63,166 nucleotides of DNA, filler included, from an uncultured archaeon (GCA_903842985.1; 5 parts of 5 records of this genome joined end to end with filler, not necessarily neighbours in it); one strand, 5' to 3'; positions 29,168-38,917 are shown, counted from the first letter of the whole stretch. A program made the numbers and translations. The notes: generated by a model from the letters alone, not told the origin.

Positions 29168-31048
29168 ATGAACATAACAATGCTGACAGTCGAGGAAATG
29201 TGCAAGAAGCTCAGGCCTGTCTTCGGCAAAAAGATAGACTTGATTTACCTGAAGTACACAGTGGCTGACAGCATGGAAACAAGAAGGGAAATTGAGATGA
29301 TGCTCAATGTTCTTTACCAGAAGCACATCAACGAAAATGTTCTTAACGAGAAGGTTCTTTTGGAGCCGCCGGCAGAGGACTTGATAAGCGGCGAATATCC
29401 GCTTGGAAAGGTTGTCTACGCTGACAGCGAAATATGCACATTCGGCTTGAGGGAGCAGGACTGGCCAAGGCACATCTGCGTCTCAGGAATGAGCGGTTCA
29501 GGAAAGACAAACTTTGCTTATGTTATCCTAGGAAATTTCATACTGCAGAAGAAGCCATTTATTGTATTTGACTGGAAGAAAAGCTTCAGACCACTGCTTC
29601 TTGCAGACGAAAAAATAATGCTCATAACAGTCGGCAACGAAAGAGTTGCCAACATGTTTAAGACAAACATAAACAAGCCGCCAAAGGGAGTCAGCCCAAG
29701 GGAATGGATAAACCTCCTTTGCGACCTGATTAACGATGCGTTCTTCGCAAGCTTCGGAGTTCACAAATTGCTGACAGAAGCGCTTGATGAAAGCTTCAAG
29801 GAATTCGGAGTCTACGAAGGCTCTGAGAATTATCCTACATGGCTTTATGTGAAAGAGAAGCTGATTGCAAAAGAGGAAACGCTGAGGGGAAGGGAAGCAG
29901 AATGGCTGGCATCAGCAGTCAGAATAGCGCATGCATTGACATTCGGCGCATTTGGCGACGCTTTGAACAGCAATGACAGGGATGTCTTGACAGTTGATGA
30001 TTTGCTTGACAAGAGTGTTATTTTCGAATTAGATTCACTGAACAATGCAGAGAAGAAATTCTTCTGCCAGTTCATGCTCACATTTGTTTACAAGATTAAG
30101 AAATACAACAGGAAAGGTGAGGATTTCAAGCACGCAATACTTGTTGACGAAGCGCACAATATTTTCCTGAAAGACAGGCCTTCATTCACAAAAGAAGGGA
30201 TAACCGACATGATTTACAGGGAGATAAGGGAGTACGGGACATCATTAATTTGTTTGGACCAGCACATCTCAAAGCTGAGCGACGTTGTCGCGGGAAACTC
30301 TGCATGCAACATTGCATTCCAGCAGGTTCTGCCGGCTGATGTCGAATGTGTATCCTCAATAATGCAGCTGAAGGACCACAGGAATTTCTTTTCAATGCTT
30401 CCGGTTGGACAGGCAATTGTAAGACTGGCTGAAAGGCATTACAAGCCATTCCAGATACAGGTGCCGGCTGTAAATCTGAAGCACAAGGAAGTCTCTGATG
30501 AGTTTGTTGCAGAAAGGACAAGAGAGCTTGTAAAACAGTACAAGAAAGTCAAATTGTTCGAGAACGGCTGCAATGAGTACGAACTGAAGAAGAAGCTGGA
30601 GAAGCTTGACGGGCTCTACAAGCATACATGCGTTGAGCCGAATGAGGAGTTTTTGAAGAGGCAGATTGAAGCAGAGCAGAAGATTGAATCAAAGCCTATT
30701 GAGTTCAAGAAGCCTGACTGGATGAAGGAGCATGAAAAAATACAGAAAGAGAAGAATAAAATCTTCGGCCAGAACAGGGAATCACAGCTTTCACAACTAT
30801 CACGCTTAATAAAATTAAACAACACACAAAAACAAGCCTTGCAAACCATAAAAGAAAACTCTAATTTAGAGATTTCTAAAATCTATAAATTGCTAAGCTT
30901 ATCAGCCCGCAAAGGAAATGAGTTAAAAAAACAGTTTATAGAGCAAGGATTAGTAGATGTAGAAGAAGAGAGAAACGCAAGTGGATGGAAAAAGTTTTTA
31001 CGCCCAACTAGCATGGCTCTGAATCTACTCTCGGAAAACGTCTCTTAA
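29168..31048 (+). CDS. HerA/FtsK/VirB4-superfamily ATPase with C-terminal winged-helix-like tail
   Basis: Walker A GMSGSGKT, DWK, Walker B ILVDEAH, EIREYG, LPVGQAIV. Confidence 0.88.
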   Translation: MNITMLTVEEMCKKLRPVFGKKIDLIYLKYTVADSMETRREIEMMLNVLYQKHINENVLNEKVLLEPPAEDLISGEYPLGKVVYADSEICTFGLREQDWPRHICVSGMSGSGKTNFAYVILGNFILQKKPFIVFDWKKSFRPLLLADEKIMLITVGNERVANMFKTNINKPPKGVSPREWINLLCDLINDAFFASFGVHKLLTEALDESFKEFGVYEGSENYPTWLYVKEKLIAKEETLRGREAEWLASAVRIAHALTFGAFGDALNSNDRDVLTVDDLLDKSVIFELDSLNNAEKKFFCQFMLTFVYKIKKYNRKGEDFKHAILVDEAHNIFLKDRPSFTKEGITDMIYREIREYGTSLICLDQHISKLSDVVAGNSACNIAFQQVLPADVECVSSIMQLKDHRNFFSMLPVGQAIVRLAERHYKPFQIQVPAVNLKHKEVSDEFVAERTRELVKQYKKVKLFENGCNEYELKKKLEKLDGLYKHTCVEPNEEFLKRQIEAEQKIESKPIEFKKPDWMKEHEKIQKEKNKIFGQNRESQLSQLSRLIKLNNTQKQALQTIKENSNLEISKIYKLLSLSARKGNELKKQFIEQGLVDVEEERNASGWKKFLRPTSMALNLLSENVS

Positions 31049-31150
31049 AGACCGGAAAACCCATTCAATTGAATTGGTTTTTGATAGATTTCAGTAGATT
31101 TAATTCTAACAAAACAAGGGAAAACCCTGTTTAATGAAAGGAGAACCTTT

Positions 31151-31399
31151 ATGATTAGTTTTAACATTGGAGAAATAGGAAGTGCTTTTGCTGTTACAGT
31201 CGCACTTATGCTTATTTTGCCGTATAACACCGAAGTCTGGTGCAACATCGTGTCCGCAGTCACTCCCCTTGTCTGCCTTGTTATCTACAAAGCAGCTTTA
31301 AGGAATTTCGTGACAAAAAGAAGGCAAAAATACATGATTATTTTGATTGAATATGTTGTTGTAATTCTTATCTCATTGTTTGTAAGGTTTGCAAAATAG
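31151..31399 (+). CDS. Array ORF, membrane protein
   Basis: GAAAGGAG SD; hydrophobic. Confidence 0.7.
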   Translation: MISFNIGEIGSAFAVTVALMLILPYNTEVWCNIVSAVTPLVCLVIYKAALRNFVTKRRQKYMIILIEYVVVILISLFVRFAK

Positions 31400-31412
31400 T
31401 AAAGGAGGTAAC

Positions 31413-31856
31413 ATGTTGTACATAATTGGAGGTATTGTCATATCTCTGTTTTTGCTTTTTGTCCTGTATGAAATCGGCGGCATCTCTGACCCTGCGTTCA
31501 GGAAGCTTGTGAGGTCTTTGAGGTCCAACAATCTCAGCAAAACTGATCTTGAATTTGATATCGGGGCATGGCAGCGGATAGCAGAACGCAGGAAAGCGCA
31601 AATGGCAGAGGATGAAAAGAAGAGAGGGGTTTTGAAAAGCATAGTTGGCTTAATCATGTTCATCGCGGCACTTGCCCTACTTTTCCTGGAAAAGTACTAC
31701 ATCTCATTCTGTTTATGTCTTATTGGCGGCGGATACATTTTGTGGCATTCAATCATTGGGCCGTATCTGGGGAAAAGACAGAATGGAGGGATAGCCAGGT
31801 TTTTGAAGGAAATCCGCGATGACTTCCGGGGATTCAGGAACGGCAAAAACAAGTAG
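31413..31856 (+). CDS. Array ORF, membrane protein
   Basis: AAAGGAGGT SD; three TM segments. Confidence 0.75.
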   Translation: MLYIIGGIVISLFLLFVLYEIGGISDPAFRKLVRSLRSNNLSKTDLEFDIGAWQRIAERRKAQMAEDEKKRGVLKSIVGLIMFIAALALLFLEKYYISFCLCLIGGGYILWHSIIGPYLGKRQNGGIARFLKEIRDDFRGFRNGKNK

Positions 31857-31889
31857 GTTTAAACTTTTAAACACGAAAGGAGAAGCAAG

Positions 31890-32294
31890 ATGGAGTCTAT
31901 TTTAATATTTGCAGTAGTTATTCTCGGACTCTCCGGTGCAGTACTCGCGGTCATTTTTGGCGCGATTCTGAGTTGGGACTGGAACCTCATTGTTGTGGCA
32001 GCTTCGGTCGCTTCAGCAATATCATACTGCCTGAACATCTTCATGATTCACCGGATTTTGCGCGTGCCAAGCAATCCCTCAGAAACACAAAAGCTCGTTA
32101 TCGGCACTCTGAACCTGATGTTCTCTGCTCCGTTTGGTTTCTTTCTGCTGTTATCCATTACGTGCAACGAAATAATATTCTTTGTTCTGCCTGGCCTGAT
32201 ATTCACTTCATTAATTCTTTCCAAGATTTGGAGAGGTGCTTCAAAAGAAGAACCTGAGCCAAAGCATTTCAATGGCGCTCTATCTGTCAATTAA
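31890..32294 (+). CDS. Array ORF, membrane protein
   Basis: GAAAGGAG SD; about four TM segments. Confidence 0.75.
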   Translation: MESILIFAVVILGLSGAVLAVIFGAILSWDWNLIVVAASVASAISYCLNIFMIHRILRVPSNPSETQKLVIGTLNLMFSAPFGFFLLLSITCNEIIFFVLPGLIFTSLILSKIWRGASKEEPEPKHFNGALSVN

Positions 32295-32364
32295 TGTTTT
32301 CTCAAAACGGCAAAAACCATTCGGAGTTACGGAGTTAATTCTTTTATAAATGAGGAGGTGTGAG

Positions 32365-33024
32365 ATGTTTGACTCGATTTACATTTATATCTTAGCGATT
32401 GTGATTGGATTAATCGGGCTTTTAATATTCTTCATAATTGGGCATCGGCATCCAGCTTGGGCATTATTTATGGCGATTGTGTCATGTGTATTAATCCTGT
32501 GCGGGCTAACTGGCATAGGACTCTGGCACGATCGTCGCACTGAACCCCAATTTTGCCCTGTCCTTGGACAGCAACTCGAGAGCCCGAACCTGCCTCTTGC
32601 TTCACTAACTCCAGAAAGGGCACTCGAGCTGGCGTGGAACCTTCCCCGTTTAGTGTACTCCGGCCAGATGTCACTGAACCAGTATGTTGTTCGCCCCTTC
32701 AGGCCATTTGCCAGGGTATGGCTTTCGGACAACGCGGACTTATTCCTAATAAGTTTTATCTACAATGACATCGGTGAAGAAGGCCTCACTGACGACGACC
32801 AGTTTGTTTACGCATTTTCGCTGCCTGGCGACGAACGCATCCATGTGATTGAAACCAATCCAGTAAGCGGAAGCAGGTTCCATGTGTATAAAGACGCACC
32901 TGGTCCTGAATACAAAACAACCAGCGTGAAAAACCTGCAGAAGAAGCAGCTCTTTGCCGAGAACCTGCGCGCAATCGCATTATACCTTCTCGAGCAGGAG
33001 CTGGCGGCGAAAGCCAAGAAATAA
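32365..33024 (+). CDS. Array ORF, two N-terminal TM helices plus soluble domain
   Basis: AGGAGGTG SD. Confidence 0.75.
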   Translation: MFDSIYIYILAIVIGLIGLLIFFIIGHRHPAWALFMAIVSCVLILCGLTGIGLWHDRRTEPQFCPVLGQQLESPNLPLASLTPERALELAWNLPRLVYSGQMSLNQYVVRPFRPFARVWLSDNADLFLISFIYNDIGEEGLTDDDQFVYAFSLPGDERIHVIETNPVSGSRFHVYKDAPGPEYKTTSVKNLQKKQLFAENLRAIALYLLEQELAAKAKK

Positions 33025-33091
33025 TTTTCACAACAGCCGAAAGGCGATTACATAACCTTTAATTGTTTTTTTCGATAAATAAGGAGGTTGA

Positions 33092-33208
33092 ATGCGCAAC
33101 TTCTTAAAAAAAATCTGGGACGCCTGTGGAGGCATAATCTTCATTCTCATCTTTTTTGCGATATGTATCAGCTGGGCGTTGATTTTTGGCCTTCGTTTGT
33201 CTAAATAA
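33092..33208 (+). CDS. Array micro-ORF, 38-aa single-TM peptide
   Basis: AAGGAGGT SD; MRNFLKKIWDACGGIIFILIFFAICISWALIFGLRLSK. Confidence 0.6.
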   Translation: MRNFLKKIWDACGGIIFILIFFAICISWALIFGLRLSK

Positions 33209-33276
33209 CGTCCACAAGCTTCGGCTTGATTGAATAACAACGAATCTTTTTCTCTTAACAAAGAAAGGAACGCTGA

Positions 33277-33759
33277 ATGAATGATAAGATAAAAGGGGCA
33301 AAAGCAGAAGAGAAGTCTCTCCAGGAGCTTGAAGCGCTGAACAGACTTCAGAGTTATCTTTCACCTTGCCACCAGGATGCGTTCGCCGCAATTATTGCTG
33401 ACTTGAAATTGCTGATTGAAAACGGCATAATCGATGCTGATGTTGTGTTGGACATCATCGTGCTGACGCGAGTTACCTGCGAGCTCATTATTGCAACCGG
33501 CAATGCCCAGGCGCCTAAAATCGTACAGGAAAAGGCTGACGAATTCATGGCCCTCTCCAATGCTGCTGAAGGAAAAATTGCGGAATGCATCAAAACCATC
33601 CAGAACTCCCCCAACGCCGTCACGCCGTCACAAATGATTCTCAAGGTAAGGACGCTCAACGAGACGATAATCGGCATGATGATGATTGTAAAGAGGGCGG
33701 TTGATGCGTATTTAGATCAGCCCGACAGTCTGAATCAGCGCCAGCCTTCTACGATGTAG
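33277..33759 (+). CDS. Array ORF, helical soluble protein
   Basis: AGAAAGGA SD; 160 aa. Confidence 0.7.
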   Translation: MNDKIKGAKAEEKSLQELEALNRLQSYLSPCHQDAFAAIIADLKLLIENGIIDADVVLDIIVLTRVTCELIIATGNAQAPKIVQEKADEFMALSNAAEGKIAECIKTIQNSPNAVTPSQMILKVRTLNETIIGMMMIVKRAVDAYLDQPDSLNQRQPSTM

Positions 33760-33777
33760 CTGATTTCATTTTACCAG

Positions 33778-33886
33778 GAGGCCCTCCCGTATACCCTTTC
33801 CTAGTGCGCTCTGGCTCAAACAACTCCTGCTGGAATTCAGATCGAAGCTGGGAGCACGCACTTGCAAGAAAGCGGGGAGGGCCCTC
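33778..33886 (+). repeat. Long intergenic hairpin H1
   Basis: GAGGCCCTCCCG...CGGGGAGGGCCCTC with paired interior. Confidence 0.8.
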
Positions 33887-33958
33887 GCCAATTTATTCAG
33901 CCATCTGAGGCTTGACATAGAATTGGTTAATCTAAAATTAAACGAAAGGAGGTGAAAA

Positions 33959-34252
33959 ATGAAGAAGAAGAAAGAAAAAGAACCCAAGCAACTCCTGCGC
34001 GAAGCGCTGGATTTGCTGGACAAAAATGCCCCTGCCATTGAGTCGATAGTAAAGCTTGCTGATGCGTTGGGGATAGTGTTTATGAAAGAGGTTGAATTGA
34101 GAAAGCGCGAAATGATGAAAGATGCTAAAAAGCGAGGAGCTGACAAGGACCAACTCTGCCTTATCAACACATTTTCCACCCACTTCATCATCAATGCTAT
34201 GGCACGGGAGACAATAGCGCGGATTGAAACGGATGGAATTCTTCCCAAATGA
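33959..34252 (+). CDS. Array ORF, soluble protein
   Basis: GAAAGGAGGTGA SD. Confidence 0.75.
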   Translation: MKKKKEKEPKQLLREALDLLDKNAPAIESIVKLADALGIVFMKEVELRKREMMKDAKKRGADKDQLCLINTFSTHFIINAMARETIARIETDGILPK

Positions 34253-34261
34253 TTTTCTTAC

Positions 34262-34323
34262 GGAGGGCCTTGGTTTCCTCTGCACAAAGACTCCCTATCT
34301 TTGGCAGGATTCCAGCGCCCTCC
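34262..34323 (+). repeat. Long intergenic hairpin H2 (terminator-like)
   Basis: GGAGGGC...GCCCTCC then TTTCCTTT. Confidence 0.8.
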
Positions 34324-34398
34324 TTTCCTTTAGCAACAACGCGAAAGCGTTTAACATATAATCAATTTTTCCTTTAACCTCTCAACGAAAGGAGAGCC

Positions 34399-34650
34399 AT
34401 GAAAGCAAAGAACAAGGAACTTAGCTACACGACGAGCAAAGGTGTGTTTGTTTCAGTTGTTTTGGAAGGATGCGTCGTGACCATCTCCAGCCGCGGGATT
34501 AATAAAAAATTCGAAATCGTCAAGAGCGACGACATCGCTACGGCCTGGGATCGTATCCAACAAATCTCGAAAAACGAAAAAATGAATCAGCAAGACATCC
34601 TTTTTGAAATCGACGAACTCGTCGATTGCAAACCCATCCATCTCGCGTAA
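34399..34650 (+). CDS. Array ORF, soluble protein
   Basis: GAAAGGAG SD. Confidence 0.7.
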   Translation: MKAKNKELSYTTSKGVFVSVVLEGCVVTISSRGINKKFEIVKSDDIATAWDRIQQISKNEKMNQQDILFEIDELVDCKPIHLA

Positions 34651-34713
34651 TGAATAGGTGAGCCGCCGGGAATTTAGAAATCAGCAAGCATCCGGGTAAG
34701 TAATTCATTTTAC

Positions 34714-34779
34714 GGGAGCGCCTTGGGAGTATGGGGTTGGGCTGAGGATGCACGTATTCATCAGATCCTAAGGCCTCCC
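34714..34779 (+). repeat. Long intergenic hairpin H3 (terminator-like)
   Basis: GGGAGCGCCTTGGGA...TCCTAAGGCCTCCC then T6. Confidence 0.8.
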
Positions 34780-34854
34780 TTTTTTAAGGCAACAACAGCT
34801 GAAAAGCGTTGACATAAAAAAACAAATCTTATTTTCATAAAAAAGGAGGTGAGC

Positions 34855-35061
34855 ATGGTGGCGTCTTTTGTTATTATTACTGTGATTTTTCTTGCCTCAT
34901 TTGCCGGCCTATACCTATACGGGATTTGCGATTATGCCTGGGGGCAGTGGATTTTGATCGCGGACGCAGTCGCAGCCACAATCTTTTTCTCTTATGACTT
35001 TTATCGCTGGCTTATCAAGCCGCCGATAAAAGACAAGGAAGGAGAAGAAAGCCATGATTAA
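34855..35061 (+). CDS. Array ORF, two-TM protein
   Basis: AAAGGAGGTGA SD. Confidence 0.75.
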   Translation: MVASFVIITVIFLASFAGLYLYGICDYAWGQWILIADAVAATIFFSYDFYRWLIKPPIKDKEGEESHD

Positions 35062-35194
35062 ATTTTACAAAATCGACGGCAAGCATGCCTGCGTTCAGCT
35101 TTCTGAGAATGTTGAGTGGGCTGACATAAAGGTGAGCGTTTACAAGGTAGTCATCGCTTTCCTATTCATCTTTCTCCTGGTATTTCTTGTTTAA
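35054..35194 (+). CDS. Array micro-ORF, 46-aa tail-anchored peptide
   Basis: AAGGAG SD; overlaps the previous stop; hydrophobic C-terminus. Confidence 0.6.
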   Translation: MIKFYKIDGKHACVQLSENVEWADIKVSVYKVVIAFLFIFLLVFLV

Positions 35195-35231
35195 AATTCT
35201 TCAAAATAAGCTTCTTTGAAAGGAGGCAACA

Positions 35232-35867
35232 ATGAAAAAGGTTTTTTTAATTCTGTTTCTGATTATCTTCGCGGTGTGCCTGGCAATTTCCGCCGCTTCT
35301 GTTACATCAGCTCCGCCGGCTGGACTGAAGGAACTGCATGACTTCCTGGGGGTACCTGCCACAGCCAAGGGCTACGGGAAAACATACGGCCACGAAACAA
35401 TGCTGGCGATTGCTGCAAAATACGAAAACGTAGACAAACGGCCGCAGCTCATAGCCCTTCTTGTCGGCACCGGCAGGGAACCTACGCAGGCGATAAAGAA
35501 AGCGCAGGATTACGCCAGGCAGGCTGCTCTCGTCAGAACCACCACATTTAGTGTTATTTCAATCCGCGTGGCTTCGCTGGCTGTGGTTCTGGGCATGATG
35601 GCAATCATCATGGCAATCGTCTGCTTTTACGTGCTTCTGGGATTTTTCTACCCGCTCGTCAACAGGTACGAAGTCATTCACAGGCCCGGTCCGGCGTATG
35701 CCATTGGCATTGTTCTTTCCATCTTCCTTATTGGAGTCCTGCTCACAGGCAGCTTGAAGGTGTATGGTGCATTATTTGTCTCGCTTGTGCTTGTGACCAC
35801 CCTTCTCGTTTTCATAAGGCGGGAGCATTTTCCAGAAGGCCCGCAGAGAATCAATCCATTCAGTTAA
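35232..35867 (+). CDS. Array ORF, signal peptide plus three TM helices
   Basis: GAAAGGAGG SD; 211 aa. Confidence 0.8.
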   Translation: MKKVFLILFLIIFAVCLAISAASVTSAPPAGLKELHDFLGVPATAKGYGKTYGHETMLAIAAKYENVDKRPQLIALLVGTGREPTQAIKKAQDYARQAALVRTTTFSVISIRVASLAVVLGMMAIIMAIVCFYVLLGFFYPLVNRYEVIHRPGPAYAIGIVLSIFLIGVLLTGSLKVYGALFVSLVLVTTLLVFIRREHFPEGPQRINPFS

Positions 35868-35896
35868 TCGGATTTAACCCTAACAAGGAGGCAGTA

Positions 35897-36082
35897 ATGC
35901 AAGAGACAAAAGTTGATTTCAATGAGATGGTCGACGAAATTCGCAGCGAGCAAACCAACACAGAATCCGGCAAGGGTTGCTCTTATGGTGAAGGGCCGTT
36001 CAAGAAAAAGAAACAGCACTTCCACAAAAAGCCGGTCCAGATCAGGAGAAAGTGCAACCGCTTCAACGGGTTTCGAAGGTAG
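35897..36082 (+). CDS. Array ORF, small protein with basic C-terminus
   Basis: AAGGAGG SD. Confidence 0.65.
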   Translation: MQETKVDFNEMVDEIRSEQTNTESGKGCSYGEGPFKKKKQHFHKKPVQIRRKCNRFNGFRR

Positions 36083-36160
36083 ATTTTTCCGGAGGGGCTA
36101 AGTCGAGGGACAATAGAATGAAAGGAGGATAGACTATCGACAAAAGATGATTGAACTACT

Positions 36161-36251
36161 GGGGAGCCTGGTCCTACCAAAAAAATGGTGATCCTCTCAC
36201 CAGAGGTTAAGTGATTCACACCCACTATACCTCAGTATAGCCAGGCTCCCC
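36161..36251 (+). repeat. Long intergenic hairpin H4
   Basis: GGGGAGCCTGG...CCAGGCTCCCC. Confidence 0.85.
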
Positions 36252-36291
36252 TCTTATAAAAAATTCAACCCTTGTGAAAGGAGAAAGGCAT

Positions 36292-36546
36292 ATGAAAAAA
36301 TTTGTGGCATTTGTGATTCACTTTTACGCCGCTGTTTTCTGCTTTCTGCTTCCCGTCTTCGCCTTAGTCGGTTTCATACTTTACATTACTGCCCCGGAAT
36401 TCCAGCCGCCGCCTATGAAGATTCTGTTTCCAACTGCAGTTGTTTTCATTCTGCTGAGCTATTTCTGGGCGAAAATCTCAGAGCGGCTTCTTGAACATCG
36501 CCTCGCTAACTGCCTCGAGCGCTGGTCGCCCGGCTACATGCAGTGA
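36292..36546 (+). CDS. Array ORF, two-TM protein
   Basis: GAAAGGAG SD. Confidence 0.75.
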   Translation: MKKFVAFVIHFYAAVFCFLLPVFALVGFILYITAPEFQPPPMKILFPTAVVFILLSYFWAKISERLLEHRLANCLERWSPGYMQ

Positions 36547-36628
36547 CTTTTTCAGGCAGCGGAATGGCAACAAGGAACAAACAAATGAAAGGAGGATAAC
36601 TTATAGCCTGAATCCTAAGTACCTCTCC

Positions 36629-36704
36629 GGGGAGTCCTGGTTCGGCCCGTATAGGTATCATGCCCACCAAGCATTGACGCCTGTCTTACCAGCCAGGACT
36701 CCCC
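36629..36704 (+). repeat. Long intergenic hairpin H5
   Basis: GGGGAGTCCTGG...CCAGGACTCCCC. Confidence 0.85.
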
Positions 36705-36747
36705 CTCTTTTAAAAAATTCAACCCTTTATTTTTGAAAGGAGAAGAT

Positions 36748-37080
36748 ATGAAAGATGTAAAACTCAAGATTAAGCTCGTTCTCTTTTACGTGCTTTTCTG
36801 CCTGGCAATCCTGGTCATTACCTGCGCCCCCGGCATCATCTTCGCTTCGCTGGCTTCGCTGTGGGTGCTGCCTGTGCTCGTCCAGCACGCCCCGGACCGT
36901 CTGCTGTTCAGCATCCTCTTCAACCCGATGATTTTCTTTTTCCTGCTATTCGCCACATTCAACTGGTTTTGGTGGTCGCGCCAGCTGGTCGAGTGCCTAA
37001 TAAGTGACCTGGACGACCGCTCCAGATGCATTGACCGGCTCGAGCACCGTATCAAGCAAGGCGCGCAGGACAGCGTGTAG
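36748..37080 (+). CDS. Array ORF, membrane protein
   Basis: GAAAGGAG SD. Confidence 0.75.
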   Translation: MKDVKLKIKLVLFYVLFCLAILVITCAPGIIFASLASLWVLPVLVQHAPDRLLFSILFNPMIFFFLLFATFNWFWWSRQLVECLISDLDDRSRCIDRLEHRIKQGAQDSV

Positions 37081-37095
37081 CGAAACAATATTCCG

Positions 37096-37175
37096 GGAGA
37101 GCCCTGTCTGTCTTGCTTAAGAGAGCATGCTGCCTTCATCAGTATGCTCCCCTCCTCTCGGCAGCAGGGCTCTCC
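37096..37175 (+). repeat. Long intergenic hairpin H6
   Basis: GGAGAGCCCTG...CAGGGCTCTCC. Confidence 0.85.
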
Positions 37176-37257
37176 TTCATTTAGAAAACAATCGCTAAAA
37201 TGCGTTGAGATAAAATAAATCAAAATTTTTTACTCTCATAAAAGGAGGTGACAAATC

Positions 37258-37449
37258 ATGGAATCTATTTTAAAATCTCTCTTAATAGGTCTCGGCCTCG
37301 AAAAATTCGGGTGGAATGAAGTCATTGCTCTCATCGTCCTTTCAGCTGTCATAGCTGTTGTATGGTGGATAAAGAATATTTTTGAAAAAAGAAATAAGAA
37401 ACGAAATGAAAGTAAGAAGGAAAACAAGGTGAAAGGAGGTGAAACATGA
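37258..37449 (+). CDS. Array ORF, single-TM protein with basic tail
   Basis: AAAGGAGGTGA SD. Confidence 0.75.
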   Translation: MESILKSLLIGLGLEKFGWNEVIALIVLSAVIAVVWWIKNIFEKRNKKRNESKKENKVKGGET

Positions 37450-37640
37450 AGAAAGCAACCGCCAAAATAATTACTGACATTCTTTCATCCCTGCTTGTCT
37501 TATCGACGATAGCACTTTGCACAAACAAGTGGGTAATTCCCCTGTTTCCAGAGCGCTTTTTCCCACTTTTTCTCTTCTTTAATTTTATGGATATATGCTT
37601 CCTTCTCGGATTTTCCTGGGGTAAGAGCGTGAAGGACTGA
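37446..37640 (+). CDS. Array ORF, two-TM protein
   Basis: GAAAGGAGGTGA SD; ATGA overlap with the previous gene. Confidence 0.75.
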   Translation: MKKATAKIITDILSSLLVLSTIALCTNKWVIPLFPERFFPLFLFFNFMDICFLLGFSWGKSVKD

Positions 37641-37676
37641 AACCATCATTTAAATCTTTGAAAGGAGGTGATGCAA

Positions 37677-38000
37677 ATGTTCAAGCTCAAAGAAATTACA
37701 CCCATCCAACTCATGATTGTTATTGCCGCTGTCCTGTTCCTGGCCATAATTACCGTCGCTGGTCTCGGGAAGGATACCGATCGCGGCAGGCAGTTGAACA
37801 TGGCAAAAGAAGTCAGTCTCGCAGTAAAATATGAATTCACTGGGTTTGACCCCATGAATGTTAAAGACAAAGGTGATTGCCTGGGGTCTGGAATGGTTGC
37901 AGCTGACTTCAACGGCGACGGCAAACCGGACATCGCATTAGTTACTGGTTGTCACATAATCACTTTGCTCGAAAACAAGATGCCTGCGCCCGGAAAATAA
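37677..38000 (+). CDS. Array ORF, TM anchor plus a single FG-GAP/VCBS-like motif
   Basis: GAAAGGAGGTGA SD; AADFNGDGKPDIAL. Confidence 0.8.
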   Translation: MFKLKEITPIQLMIVIAAVLFLAIITVAGLGKDTDRGRQLNMAKEVSLAVKYEFTGFDPMNVKDKGDCLGSGMVAADFNGDGKPDIALVTGCHIITLLENKMPAPGK

Positions 38001-38028
38001 AAAATTTAAGTGGAAAGGAGGTGATAAA

Positions 38029-38226
38029 ATGTATAAGGTATTTCGCTGTCTGTGTGGATTGCTGCGTTTGAACGAGTTTGAGATGATTCAGATATTGAGA
38101 TGGCTGCGTTTTAACGAGTTCAACCAGATGATGAGAGCGAAGATCGAAGCAGCAGAAGGCCGTAGGTTTTCGGACGAGGAATGGAAGCGGATGTGCCGAG
38201 TTCAAGTCGATTATAAACGGAAATAA
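38029..38226 (+). CDS. Array ORF with internal LR(L/F)NEF repeat
   Basis: GAAAGGAGGTGAT SD. Confidence 0.7.
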   Translation: MYKVFRCLCGLLRLNEFEMIQILRWLRFNEFNQMMRAKIEAAEGRRFSDEEWKRMCRVQVDYKRK

Positions 38227-38246
38227 AAGATGCGCTCTACATTTAC

Positions 38247-38327
38247 AGGGCCCCTTCAGCAGAAGCCAAAAGGTTAGATAATTGGATATCCTAAACCTTA
38301 TTGTTATGGCAGAGCTGGAGGGGTCCT
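38247..38327 (+). repeat. Long intergenic hairpin H7
   Basis: AGGGCCCCTTCAGC...GCTGGAGGGGTCCT then TAATTTTT. Confidence 0.85.
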
Positions 38328-38406
38328 TAATTTTTGGAAACAATTGCCAAGTGGCGTTTGAAATAAATCAAAATAATTTTTTAACTTTTAAAAAGGAGAC
38401 GTTTGG

Positions 38407-38478
38407 ATGATAAAAATCATAGTTTTTTTAATAGTCATCGGAGCAGTCTACGTTCTTTCAAGGGAATGGGGAAAATGA
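38407..38478 (+). CDS. Array micro-ORF, 23-aa TM peptide
   Basis: AAAGGAG SD; MIKIIVFLIVIGAVYVLSREWGK. Confidence 0.5.
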   Translation: MIKIIVFLIVIGAVYVLSREWGK

Positions 38479-38525
38479 AACGTTGCAAAAGGGTTTTCAA
38501 AAGCTTAAATAGAAAGGAGGTGAAT

Positions 38526-38696
38526 ATGGCAGATGGCGAAAAAAAGATTTGGGTCGAACTCAAGGTCAGGGTGCTCGCGTCTGAATCAGAGCTGAATGAC
38601 AAAACCAAGGAAATGGGCAGCCTTCACACCCAGGCTATCAATGCCTTCGCCGGGAACGTGGTCGAGACAAGCATCACAATGAAGCCAAATGAATAG
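38526..38696 (+). CDS. Array ORF, small soluble protein
   Basis: GAAAGGAGGTGA SD. Confidence 0.7.
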   Translation: MADGEKKIWVELKVRVLASESELNDKTKEMGSLHTQAINAFAGNVVETSITMKPNE

Positions 38697-38861
38697 AAAG
38701 GAGCCGACAATGCATCGGAACAGATCACCTACTGTTTGAGTCTGCTTAGGAATTGTCTTCCTGGGCCTGGCAAGAACATCTAACAAGGAGGAGCCTATCG
38801 GAGTGAACTAAACTTTGTTCCAGAAGATTATTGCAGAGGGTTTTCAAAGACACACAACGCC

Positions 38862-38917
38862 GAGTCCGGGGGATTGCTTTATTCTTTCGTGGCTGAAGGA
38901 ATAGCGCCCCCGGGCTC
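38862..38917 (+). repeat. Long intergenic hairpin H8
   Basis: GAGTCCGGGGG...CCCCCGGGCTC. Confidence 0.8.
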
